From the NCBI GenBank assembly GCA_963677655.1, contig OY782089.1: DNA of 64,000 bases. One strand, written 5' to 3'. Of the stretch, positions 1 to 8,716 are shown one piece after another (position 1 is the stretch's first letter; every line of letters begins with the position of its first letter). The translations under genes and the position numbers were made by a program. The DNA is from an uncultured Saccharicrinis sp. GTDB lineage: Bacteria; Bacteroidota; Bacteroidia; Bacteroidales; Marinilabiliaceae. The notes beneath the pieces are model-generated. The model had not been told where the DNA came from and ran no database searches. It worked only from the letters and a program-made list of their open reading frames with translations.

Positions 1-1087
1 CAAGACTCTTTCCATCAAATTTTAAATCTGTTTTAGTCTTCAGCTTACATAAATCTATCAATGTAGGCAACACATCAAAATGAGCTGTCATCTCATTAAT
101 ATCTTTACCAACACTAATACCCCCATCTTTCCAATGAATAAATAACGGAACTCTGTGTCCTCCTTCGTACATACTAGCTTTAACCCCGCGCATACCACAA
201 TTATTTCCTTCTACCACAAATCCATCCAGGCGATCACCCTTAACGGTATTACCTGCAGCTGATCCATTGTCGGCAGTATAAATAATTATTGTATTATCCA
301 TCAAGTTGACAGACTTTAAATACTCAACTAAAGTTCCAATATTTTCGTCGATATTGGCAATCATACCGTAAAAAGCCGGATTCGGAATATTTTCATTATC
401 CTTATAGGGATCTGAATATTTGTCTGCAACCCAATATGGGGAGTGTGCCGCATTGGGAGCCAGATAACAGAAGAACGGTCTATCCTTGTTTTCTCCTATA
501 TATTTTATAGCATTCTCGAACCAAACGTCAGTACAATAACCTTTAAACTGCTCGAGCTTACCATTGTGTTTATACACATCATCAAAATAATCATTATCCC
601 AAAAATCCATAGTTTGACCTACTCCTCCTCCATCATTCATCAACACTTCTTCGAATCCTTTATCTTGTGGTCTGAATGGGTAATTATCTCCCAAATGCCA
701 TTTCCCAAACATGGCCGTTCCATATCCATTATCTTTAAATATTTGAGCCATGGTTGTTTCTCTTTCGAGAATCAAAGACCTCCCTTTGATTGTAAAAAAC
801 ACTCCTGCACGATAATTATGGTGCCCGGTCATAATAGCAGCACGAGTTGGGGCACAGGTAGGGCTCACATGATAATCAGTAAAACGGCTGCTTTTTTTGT
901 AAAGCTCATCAATATTTGGTGTTTTGATATATGGATTTCCATGACAGGCCAAATCTCCATATCCGGCATCATCTGCCATAATTAAAATTACATTGGGTTT
1001 ACTCGCTTTGGATACTTTTTGAGTGTTACATGCAATTAAGAAAATAGAAAATACTATAAATGTTAGATATTTTATTATTCGCATCAT
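1..1087 (-). CDS. S1 arylsulfatase, lipoprotein, 3' end truncated by window edge (tentatively S1_17-like)
   Basis: Not in the ORF track. Read manually from ATG at 1087: MMRIIKYLTFIVFSIFLIAC...PNVILIMADDAGYGDL...HVSPTCAPTRAAIMTG...FGKWHLG...YEGGHRVP. The C-x-P-x-R motif is present and the frame stays open to position 1. Confidence 0.93.
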   Translation of the reverse strand, partial: MMRIIKYLTFIVFSIFLIACNTQKVSKASKPNVILIMADDAGYGDLACHGNPYIKTPNIDELYKKSSRFTDYHVSPTCAPTRAAIMTGHHNYRAGVFFTIKGRSLILERETTMAQIFKDNGYGTAMFGKWHLGDNYPFRPQDKGFEEVLMNDGGGVGQTMDFWDNDYFDDVYKHNGKLEQFKGYCTDVWFENAIKYIGENKDRPFFCYLAPNAAHSPYWVADKYSDPYKDNENIPNPAFYGMIANIDENIGTLVEYLKSVNLMDNTIIIYTADNGSAAGNTVKGDRLDGFVVEGNNCGMRGVKASMYEGGHRVPLFIHWKDGGISVGKDINEMTAHFDVLPTLIDLCKLKTKTDLKFDGKSL

Positions 1088-1118
1088 TTTATAATTGTTA
1101 TTAATTTTTCACTTTACA

Positions 1119-1184
1119 CAAAAATAACCTTCTGCAAGCCCACTTAATAGCGCAAATATTTTAATTAATATAACAAATGTTGCA
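1119..1184 (-). promoter_or_regulatory. Promoter A: TGCAACA box (1184-1178), second half-site TAAAATA, -7 element TATTTTTG (1126-1119)
   Basis: Exact Bacteroidota TAnnTTTG -7 match. The box lies 59 bp away, the same spacing as at the other sites. Confidence 0.75.
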
Positions 1185-1314
1185 TCGTGTAGAATAAATG
1201 GAAGAGAATACTATAATTACTGCAATGGATACAGTACAGGGCATTTTATAGAAGATAATTTCCCCGGAAAGTTTACTACCTTTTTTGCAATTAAGCAATA
1301 TCTACAAACATTAG

Positions 1315-1357
1315 AATAAAAAAATGGGATGTCTCAACGACACCCCATTTTTTTATT
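1315..1357 (-). terminator. Intrinsic terminator after the 551-aa sulfatase
   Basis: 19-bp arms aataaaaaaatgggatgtc / gacaccccatttttttatt. The single mismatch is a G-U pair on the minus strand, and a U-run follows. Confidence 0.85.
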
Positions 1358-1428
1358 TTTTTGCTTTTATAGTTAATCTATATCTTTTTTATAAAGAATA
1401 AAACCTTATTAACCATAGTATAAAATTA

Positions 1429-3084
1429 TTAATGAAGAGGTACCTTTACTACATCAGGATTCTCTTTTGCATGAAGATATTTATCAATTAATTTTTGATC
1501 TAATTCGGAGCTATCACCGTATTTAGCACGCAACTCCTCTAGTTGTTTTTTCAATTTTACCACCACATCGGCATAAGCAGGATCGTCAATAACATTGTTC
1601 ATTTCGTTTACATCTTTTTTGCGGTCGTAAAGCTCCCACTCATCGACATCATAATAAAAATGAGCCAGCTTATATTCCTGTGTAATGATAGCATAATGCC
1701 TTTTTACCATATGTATTGATGGATACTCATAATAATGATAATATACCGCATCTCTTGTCCATGCTTCATCATTCCCGGTTAACAATGGGATCAAACTCTC
1801 TCCTTGCATATCAGATGGAGCTTCAACTCCGGCAGCCTCAAGTAATGTTTGAGCAAAGTCGAGGTTTTGAACCATCTCTGTATTGGTAGTACCTGCCTCT
1901 ACAACACCCGGCCAGCGAACTAATAATGGTGTTTTAAATGATTCATCATAAACAAAACGCTTATCAAACCACCCGTGTTCTCCAAGGTAAAATCCCTGAT
2001 CGGAAGTATATACAATAATGGTATTCTCCGACAAGTTATTCTCATCTAGATAATCTAGTACCTGACCTACGTTTTCATCAACTGAAGCTATACATCCCAA
2101 ATAATCCTGCATATAACGTTGATAACGCCACTTCATTAATTCCGTATCGTTCATATCAGGATACTGCTTTTTAAACTCTTCCATTAATGGTTTATAGGTG
2201 GCATCCCATACGGCACGTTGTTCGGCATTCATTCGGCCCACTTCACGATCAAAGGCTTCCAGATCCCATCCTGATTCATCCTTAATGCCCAATTCAGCCA
2301 TCATTTCAGGATATAATTTTGAATCTCCTGCCCAGTTCATATGCTTCAACAGGTTCATTTCGGCTGTTTTAGCAGCTGTACCGCGACCTTCATAGTTATC
2401 GAATAAAGTCTCTGGTTCCACAAAAGTCTTTTTTGTATACTCTTTAAAATGACGTGGAGCCGGCAACCATTCGCGGTGAGGTGCTTTGTGCATGTAAAAC
2501 AGAATAAAAGGATCTTCTTCGGTTCTTCGGTTCTCTAACCAATCCAATGTCATATCTGTTATAATATCTGTTACATATCCTTCTACTGTTATCTTACCTT
2601 CATTGGTATAAAAATCAGGGTTGTAATACCATCCCTGACCAGGAAGAATCTTGAATTCATCAATACCTTTAGGGTTATTGCCAAAATGCAATTTACCAAA
2701 CATGGCAGTCTGGTAGCCTGCTTTTTGTAGCAATTGAGGGAAAGTAGTTTGCGATTCGTCAAAAGGGAAAACATTGTCTGTTTTTCCATGTATATGGGTA
2801 TGCTTTCCCGTTAGCATGGTTGCCCGTGATGGACCGCATATGGAATTGGATACACAAGCATTGGTAAACTTCATTCCCTCTTTGGCAATGCGGTCAATAT
2901 TAGGTGTTTCTATTAAATGATTGCTGTACGCACTGATGGCCTGATAAGCATGATCATCCGACATCATAAAAACAATATTCGGTCGTTTGGGCAACTCTTT
3001 TTTGCCAGCACTTTTTTTACTTGCTGTTTGGCAGGAGATCAACCCCACCATTAACAATGCAGGTATAATATTTTTAAATTGCAT
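1429..3084 (-). CDS. S1 sulfatase, lipoprotein (S1_11 / GlcNAc-6-sulfatase-like)
   Basis: PNIVFMMSDDH, SICGPSRATMLTGKH, GKLH, YTSDQGFYLGEHGWFDKR; lipobox LISC. Confidence 0.92.
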   Translation of the reverse strand: MQFKNIIPALLMVGLISCQTASKKSAGKKELPKRPNIVFMMSDDHAYQAISAYSNHLIETPNIDRIAKEGMKFTNACVSNSICGPSRATMLTGKHTHIHGKTDNVFPFDESQTTFPQLLQKAGYQTAMFGKLHFGNNPKGIDEFKILPGQGWYYNPDFYTNEGKITVEGYVTDIITDMTLDWLENRRTEEDPFILFYMHKAPHREWLPAPRHFKEYTKKTFVEPETLFDNYEGRGTAAKTAEMNLLKHMNWAGDSKLYPEMMAELGIKDESGWDLEAFDREVGRMNAEQRAVWDATYKPLMEEFKKQYPDMNDTELMKWRYQRYMQDYLGCIASVDENVGQVLDYLDENNLSENTIIVYTSDQGFYLGEHGWFDKRFVYDESFKTPLLVRWPGVVEAGTTNTEMVQNLDFAQTLLEAAGVEAPSDMQGESLIPLLTGNDEAWTRDAVYYHYYEYPSIHMVKRHYAIITQEYKLAHFYYDVDEWELYDRKKDVNEMNNVIDDPAYADVVVKLKKQLEELRAKYGDSSELDQKLIDKYLHAKENPDVVKVPLH

Positions 3085-3123
3085 ATGTGTAAATTGTTGT
3101 TAATTAAGATTTACTCTAGAAAA

Positions 3124-3189
3124 CAAAAGTATCAGTAATTATACTGTACAGATGGGATGAGCATTTCAAAAAATGTTGATTTTGTTGCA
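3124..3189 (-). promoter_or_regulatory. Promoter B: TGCAACA (3189-3183), TGAAATG (3168-3162), -7 TACTTTTG (3131-3124)
   Basis: Exact -7 consensus, 59-bp spacing, and a second half-site 21 bp from the first. Confidence 0.8.
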
Positions 3190-3208
3190 AACCCACAACA
3201 CCACCATG

Positions 3209-4324
3209 TTACTCCACCTTCAATGGAATTACCATATTCCAGGTTTTATCAAAACTCCATGCTTTATCACCATTTCCTGTAGCGGCAAAAAAATGGGTTG
3301 GAACCCCATCTTCAATTAACAAAAAAGGTCGCTCAAAATGATTCTGGTATGTTGTAGTTCCATCGTCCCACAAAATACTTTTGCTATATGCTTTGGGGTT
3401 GTCAAACAGTTTCCATTCAATACCATCATTGGACCAGGCATGAACTCCTCCCCCTTCTTCACCACACAACACTCCTGTACGGTCTTTAATAATGGCCTCA
3501 TATTTTTCACCATTCCACCAAACATAAGGATCTTCAAGATCTATTCTTTCATTATCTTCGGTTTTAAACTGTAAAATAGGTTCTTCACTTAACCTTTCGT
3601 ATGGACCTTCAGGACTCTTGGCTTTTGCAACACCTAATAATAATGGAGGCTTATTGGCATTAGCCGATGATTTATACATCAGTAATATCTCTCCTGTTTT
3701 ATCATTTACCACAGGTGACGGATTAGAAGTAATAGAAGCATCCCAGAAACCTTTTTCCCTTGGTTCGATAACAGGTTTATCCAATCTTTTCCAAGGCCCA
3801 TTAACACTGTTACTAATGGCGACTCCTATTCTTTTATTTCTCCAGGCTTTACGCCAGTTTTCCCCACTAACTTTTGGTGTTTCAACGGTTGGTCGTTCAA
3901 AATCGTAAGTAGTTCCGAAATAATATAATAGATATTGATCCTTATATTTTACTATCCTTGGATTATGTGTACACATTCCATCCCAATACTCTTTTCCTCT
4001 CGCAGGAAGAACAACATCTACCGTTTCATAAGGACCTACAGGCGTATCCGCTACAGCATGTACAACCTCAGAACTAGTTACCCAATTTCCAAAATTTAGT
4101 TGGCGCGACCAGCGACTGGCAAACATATGGTAACGACCGTCCTCACCTTTAATAACCGAAGATCCCCATACCCAATAATTGGCATCCTGATACCCTCCAT
4201 TTTTAGGGGCTGCCATAATGCGGTCAACAAAAGCAATGTCTTTCTTTTTTGTGCTACATGAAAAGGATATTAGCACCAACATCAATACACATAAAGGTTT
4301 AACAGTAAAATTCCGTTTCTTCAT
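3209..4324 (-). CDS. Five-bladed beta-propeller glycoside hydrolase-like lipoprotein (GH43/32/117-like superfamily, unassigned)
   Basis: Motifs WVWGSSVIKGEDGRYHMFASRW, HNP, SNPSP, LEDP, ERP; lipobox SFSC; paralog of 16603..17691. Confidence 0.75.
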   Translation of the reverse strand: MKKRNFTVKPLCVLMLVLISFSCSTKKKDIAFVDRIMAAPKNGGYQDANYWVWGSSVIKGEDGRYHMFASRWSRQLNFGNWVTSSEVVHAVADTPVGPYETVDVVLPARGKEYWDGMCTHNPRIVKYKDQYLLYYFGTTYDFERPTVETPKVSGENWRKAWRNKRIGVAISNSVNGPWKRLDKPVIEPREKGFWDASITSNPSPVVNDKTGEILLMYKSSANANKPPLLLGVAKAKSPEGPYERLSEEPILQFKTEDNERIDLEDPYVWWNGEKYEAIIKDRTGVLCGEEGGGVHAWSNDGIEWKLFDNPKAYSKSILWDDGTTTYQNHFERPFLLIEDGVPTHFFAATGNGDKAWSFDKTWNMVIPLKVE

Positions 4325-4412
4325 ACTCTAATTACTTTTTATTCAATAAGTATTATCCTCATCCACGGATATTCTCATACTTTTACACACAACTTTTGCT
4401 TAATTTTATTGA

Positions 4413-4495
4413 TTACCACAGAGTCTCAGATACACTAAGGATCACTATGCTTTAATTACTCTGTGACTCCCTGTGTCTTAGTGCCTTCGTGGTAA
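4413..4495. repeat. REP-like element: inverted arrays of tandem CAC(A/T/G)(G/A)AG 8-mers
   Basis: Left arm ttac-cacagagt-ctcagata-cactaagg. Right arm reverse complement ttac-cacgaagg-cactaaga-cacaggga-gtcacagag. The loop contains tttaatt. Confidence 0.7.
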
Positions 4496-4539
4496 AAAAA
4501 CTACATTATATAAATCCCATACCAAGCTGTAAATCAGCT

Positions 4540-4596
4540 CTTCTCTTTGCCCTTTTGAAGGCAAGGGGAAGTACTGCACACAGTGTGGGGATGGAG
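4540..4596. repeat. Degenerate double-hairpin REP-like element
   Basis: 12-bp stem cttctctttgcc (4540-4551) / ggcaaggggaag (4560-4571) with G-U pairs, then the mini-hairpin cacacagtgtg (4577-4587) and gggatggag. Confidence 0.5.
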
Positions 4597-4656
4597 ATCA
4601 TATATTCTTGATAACTATCTAATAAATCAGTCTTCGTCCAGTGAGAGCCTGATAAG

Positions 4657-4825
4657 TTTTTTTACCACAGAGGTCACGGAGGCACTGCGCTTTATTCACA
4701 GAGGTTCATAGAGATGATTCGCATTATTTGATTGGCAAAACGTAGTTGAGGTCATGGAGGTAATTGCTTCGTAATTTAGAGAGCATAAAGCTAAGGTTTA
4801 ATTCCTTATGCCTTAGTGGAAAAAA
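4657..4825. repeat. Further degenerate copies of the CACAGAG/CACTAAGG tandem-unit element
   Basis: tttttttac-cacagaggt-cacggagg-cactg...cacagaggtt-catagag, then ctaagg-tttaatt-ccttatgccttagtggaaaaaa. Same loop and same terminus as 4413-4495. Confidence 0.6.
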
Positions 4826-4866
4826 TTTCCTATGCTCTCCCTGTTCCTTTCTTCCCTACTTCTCTT

Positions 4867-6309
4867 CTACTCTCTTATCCAAACAAAGCTTTCATCCAGC
4901 AATGCTGCATACTCTTTTTCAAACTGTTTTTTTATTTTGGCAAATACCTCCGGATATTGTTGTGCTACATTCTTTGTTTCGCCCATATCATTCTTCATGT
5001 TGTACAGTTCAAAATCAATCATTTCTGCGCCTTTAATGAGCGATTCATTGTCTGCACAAATATTGTGATATCTTGCCAGATAAGCAGTATCTGTTTTTAA
5101 ACGACACAACATTTTCCAATCGCCTGAGCGCATAGCTACTCTATGATCGTTTAAAGCATCATAGAATGCCCAAATCAATGGTTTTTTACGTTCCTGAGTT
5201 CCTGTTTTTATCAGTGAAGTAATTGATTCTCCATCTAATTTTCTATTTGGAAGTTTGGCACCTGCTAATTCTGCAAAGGTTGGCATCAAATCTAACGAAG
5301 AAACAATAGCATCTGAAGTCCCATTAAATGTCTTTTGTCCCATCCAGTACAGTATCCCAGGTACACGAAAACCTGCTTCATTGGTCCAAAGCTTCATTCC
5401 TTTTAACTTTCCTGGTGACCCATAGGATCTTTTAGCTCTATAATAACGGTTTAATGTCTCTGGTCCATTATCCGATGAAAAATAAATAAGCGTATTGTCA
5501 TCATGCCCATTCTGCTTTAAATATTTAACCAGTCGACCAACCGCCTTATCCATATTTGCTACATTTGCAAAATATTGTGCCTGATTTTCATTTTCTGACT
5601 GAGGCATATATTCATCTACTATATCCTTTGGTGAGGCAATTGGTTCATGCGGTTCATGGAAACAAACCTGAAGATAAAACGGTTTATCGTCTTTCTTATT
5701 TGATAACCAGCGAACAGCCTCATCTACTACAATCTGACAACTAAAGCCTTCAATTTCACCAACATCCTCACCGTTACGTACAAAGTTTTTTGGATTCTCG
5801 TGACTTGGTGCTGCATTGTTATGGGTTGCAAACCAATGATCGAACCCAAAATAACCTGGTTTTGGCTGAACATCGCTGTTAAATCTTGAACTGCAATGCC
5901 ATTTACCTGATAAACATGTAGCATATCCTGCTGCTTTTAACATGGCCGGTATTGTTTGCTCATGCTCTTGTAAGTGAACTAAATCACGACAATCAGGACT
6001 CTTTTTAGGACTAGGGATAAAGTCATAAATACCCGCTTTGTTAGGACTCCTACCAGTCAGTAAACCAGCTCTTGAAGGAGAACACACCGGCGCAGCTGAA
6101 TAACAGTTGGTAAACTTAATACCATTTTCAGCCATTTGGTCAAGGTTAGGTGTTTTTATAACAGGATGTCCAAATGTTGATAAATCACCATACCCCAAAT
6201 CATCGCAAAGAATAACAACAATATTTGGTTGCGAAGCTTCTTCCTGCTTGCAAGACCATAACATCAGGTTAAACCCGAAAACTATTAAAAGTAAGATTTT
6301 TTTATGCAT
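4867..6309 (-). CDS. S1 arylsulfatase, lipoprotein
   Basis: PNIVVILCDDLGYGDL, VCSPSRAGLLTGR, GKWH, SSDNGP; lipobox LWSC. Confidence 0.93.
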   Translation of the reverse strand: MHKKILLLIVFGFNLMLWSCKQEEASQPNIVVILCDDLGYGDLSTFGHPVIKTPNLDQMAENGIKFTNCYSAAPVCSPSRAGLLTGRSPNKAGIYDFIPSPKKSPDCRDLVHLQEHEQTIPAMLKAAGYATCLSGKWHCSSRFNSDVQPKPGYFGFDHWFATHNNAAPSHENPKNFVRNGEDVGEIEGFSCQIVVDEAVRWLSNKKDDKPFYLQVCFHEPHEPIASPKDIVDEYMPQSENENQAQYFANVANMDKAVGRLVKYLKQNGHDDNTLIYFSSDNGPETLNRYYRAKRSYGSPGKLKGMKLWTNEAGFRVPGILYWMGQKTFNGTSDAIVSSLDLMPTFAELAGAKLPNRKLDGESITSLIKTGTQERKKPLIWAFYDALNDHRVAMRSGDWKMLCRLKTDTAYLARYHNICADNESLIKGAEMIDFELYNMKNDMGETKNVAQQYPEVFAKIKKQFEKEYAALLDESFVWIRE

Positions 6310-6430
6310 ATATGTAAAACTTTTTATTTAAGCCAAATGAAACTTACAAGACAATTTTAATTATATACCTGTGCAATTATTATAATTAAACCTGCTTGTT
6401 CGTTTCAAATGACATTTAAGATTGTATTTT

Positions 6431-7096
6431 TTATTGAACTATCTCCACATTCCTAATCAAACAAGCAGCATATTCGCCTGCTGTTCCTCTGATTCGGAAA
6501 GCAATATGACCACCTCCAAAGGCATCTTTATCCGTGGTTTCCAAAATCTTTTCGCCGTCGACTTTTAACCATACTAAATCTTTTTTTCGACCTATCTCCA
6601 CAGAATAAAAAACTCCGGGATGCATAATGTTTTTATCGTATGAAACCAAAGCCGGATCTTCACCTTCAGCTACAGGATACTTTCTAATAAAAGGCGTGTA
6701 ATTATGAGGAGCATTTCTAAAAGCATAAAAATAACTCTCAACATCCTCTATCCATAATTTCATCGATCCATCGTAATCTTCAGGGATTGATAAGCGGGTA
6801 TCTTTCCCCGGGTTAGAAGCTGATAGAATAGCCACTAATACAGATGCAGGCGTTAAGGTCATTACATCATATTTAACTACAACTTCTTCTCCATAACTAT
6901 CCGGACTCACAATCATAACGCCATTGCTCTCTTTAGCTTCTTTCATAAAGAACATGTTATGACTTTCAACCAGCTTTTCTCCTTGTCCGCAAAATGCCCA
7001 TTTATTTAGTTCTTCAGGAGATACTTTCTTAGTTTGTGCTATTGCCATTAATGGCAATGTAAGAACAACTGCAATGATAAGTTTTATTGATTTCAT
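6431..7096 (-). CDS. Secreted concanavalin A-like beta-sandwich protein (DUF1961/YesU-like)
   Basis: Signal peptide. Beta-rich pattern ending VEIGRK...WLKVDGEKILE...GGGHIAFRIRG, typical of ConA-like DUF domains. Confidence 0.5.
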   Translation of the reverse strand: MKSIKLIIAVVLTLPLMAIAQTKKVSPEELNKWAFCGQGEKLVESHNMFFMKEAKESNGVMIVSPDSYGEEVVVKYDVMTLTPASVLVAILSASNPGKDTRLSIPEDYDGSMKLWIEDVESYFYAFRNAPHNYTPFIRKYPVAEGEDPALVSYDKNIMHPGVFYSVEIGRKKDLVWLKVDGEKILETTDKDAFGGGHIAFRIRGTAGEYAACLIRNVEIVQ

Positions 7097-7163
7097 GGTG
7101 TATTTTTATGGTTTACAGGGCAAACGAATTTAACTTTTATAATGTGTTCACCGTGTTAAGGTT

Positions 7164-7180
7164 TACTCACCGGGTGAGTA
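7164..7180. repeat. Perfect 17-bp palindrome TACTCACC-G-GGTGAGTA
   Basis: 8-bp arms with a 1-nt centre, 14 nt past the stop of the 483-aa sulfatase. Confidence 0.7.
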
Positions 7181-7193
7181 TAAATCTAATTTC

Positions 7194-8645
7194 TTACTTC
7201 TGATCCCACAAACGATATGGATCTTCCTGTTTTTCCATTTGTTCCAATAACAGCGCCTCCATTTCTTTCACCTTATCTGCGAACTTTGGATTTTCAGCCA
7301 GGTCAGTTTGCATTTCATTGCTCTTGCCATGCTCAGGTAAAAATTCATACGGATTTTCTGCAAGATTAAACAATTGTGTTTCCCTTACAGCTCCATCCAT
7401 CATATCGTATTTAATTAGTTTCCAATCGCCTTTGGTAACCGTACGCATCCCTGGCTTTGTTCCACCACAGTAAACACCATACATCACCTCACGATTAACA
7501 CTTTCCTTTCCATCCAAAATAGTCTTAAAACTTTTTCCATCTACACCTTCTGGAATTTCAATCCCAGCCAAATCACACAATGTTGGTAACACATCTAATA
7601 AGTAAATATTTCCTTCAACACGAGATCCTGCTTTAACACCAGGACCATTTACAATAAATGGAACTCTCCAACAGTGCTCATACAAATTTTGCTTTCCCAT
7701 TAAACCATGACGACCAACAGCAATACCATGATCTGCAGTATATATCACATAGGTATTATCCAACTCCCCCATATCTTCTAACTTCTTCAATACTTTATCA
7801 ATTTGGATATCGATATTTTCAGAGCAAGCAAACTCACGTCCTTGCTCATTGCGGATGGTTTGAACATCTCTGTTCTTCCAAACCCCTTTAACCCTTTCTT
7901 CATCACGTAATGCCGGATGTCCATGAAAAAAGGGATGAGCAGATAAATAATTAACCGGTACTTGTGGTTGCTTTGGATTAGCAGGAGGCAGACTATTTTT
8001 ATCTCTATGATTTACTGCCCCATATTTTGCTAATAATTCAGGAGTCCCGTTCCTTTCATCATGTGGATGAGAAAAACCAAAGTAAATAAAGAATGGATCT
8101 TTATCATTTGTCGTTTCTCTGGTATTTAAATATTCCAACACTTGTTTGGCATGCCATGCACTCCCACTTTCTTCAGTACCCCCTCTTTTAGTAGCATCTT
8201 TTACAACAGTAAACTGACGGTTAGCACCCGGATACGAGTTCCCTTTTTTACAGGTACGCATCGTTTTATAACCTGCTCTGTTAAAAACGGCACCAATAGT
8301 CTGTTTATCGATTGGATGTGGATCTGTTTGCTTTTGATGCAATGCGCTTGGAGGTAGATGCCATACATTTCGCCCACTCATAATCTGATGACGGGAAGGC
8401 GTACAAACGGCCCCATTCATTGATCCCATATGACGGGCTGTTTCAAAGATCATACCTCCTTCAGCCAGCTTATCAATGTTAGGCGTTTCTAAAATAGAGT
8501 TTGAGTTATATATCTTTAAATCAAATGCCGATTGGTCATCCACAAGTATAAATAAGAAATTGGGTTTCTTTTTTTCTTGCTTTTGACATGCACTTAGTAT
8601 AACTAAGGCACATAGAACAAGCATAGATGTTTTTAAAAATTTCAT
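7194..8645 (-). CDS. S1 sulfatase, lipoprotein (choline-sulfatase-like; tentatively S1_25-like)
   Basis: PNFLFILVDDQ, GAVCTPSRHQIMSGR, YTADHGIAVGRHGLMGKQNLYEH; lipobox LSAC. Confidence 0.9.
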   Translation of the reverse strand: MKFLKTSMLVLCALVILSACQKQEKKKPNFLFILVDDQSAFDLKIYNSNSILETPNIDKLAEGGMIFETARHMGSMNGAVCTPSRHQIMSGRNVWHLPPSALHQKQTDPHPIDKQTIGAVFNRAGYKTMRTCKKGNSYPGANRQFTVVKDATKRGGTEESGSAWHAKQVLEYLNTRETTNDKDPFFIYFGFSHPHDERNGTPELLAKYGAVNHRDKNSLPPANPKQPQVPVNYLSAHPFFHGHPALRDEERVKGVWKNRDVQTIRNEQGREFACSENIDIQIDKVLKKLEDMGELDNTYVIYTADHGIAVGRHGLMGKQNLYEHCWRVPFIVNGPGVKAGSRVEGNIYLLDVLPTLCDLAGIEIPEGVDGKSFKTILDGKESVNREVMYGVYCGGTKPGMRTVTKGDWKLIKYDMMDGAVRETQLFNLAENPYEFLPEHGKSNEMQTDLAENPKFADKVKEMEALLLEQMEKQEDPYRLWDQK

Positions 8646-8716
8646 ATGTTTTGTAATTATATCTTTTAAAATTTATCTGTGTAAAGATTTAAAGCAATTT
8701 ACAAGCTGTAAATCAT

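Noticed and set aside
443-985. Plus-strand 180-aa ORF and the many other plus-strand or alternate-frame ORFs in the track
   Set aside because: They are shadows of long minus-strand genes with recognisable motifs (here the untracked sulfatase 1..1087). Their composition is non-protein-like.
4413-4825. Repeat cluster as a CRISPR array
   Set aside because: Units are 8-9 nt, degenerate and inverted. There are no constant repeats with unique spacers and no cas genes.
4764-5100. Three overlapping plus-strand ORFs next to the repeat cluster as a possible GxxExxY or transposase remnant
   Set aside because: No GxxExxY, HUH or DDE motif, and they are antisense to the sulfatase 3' end.
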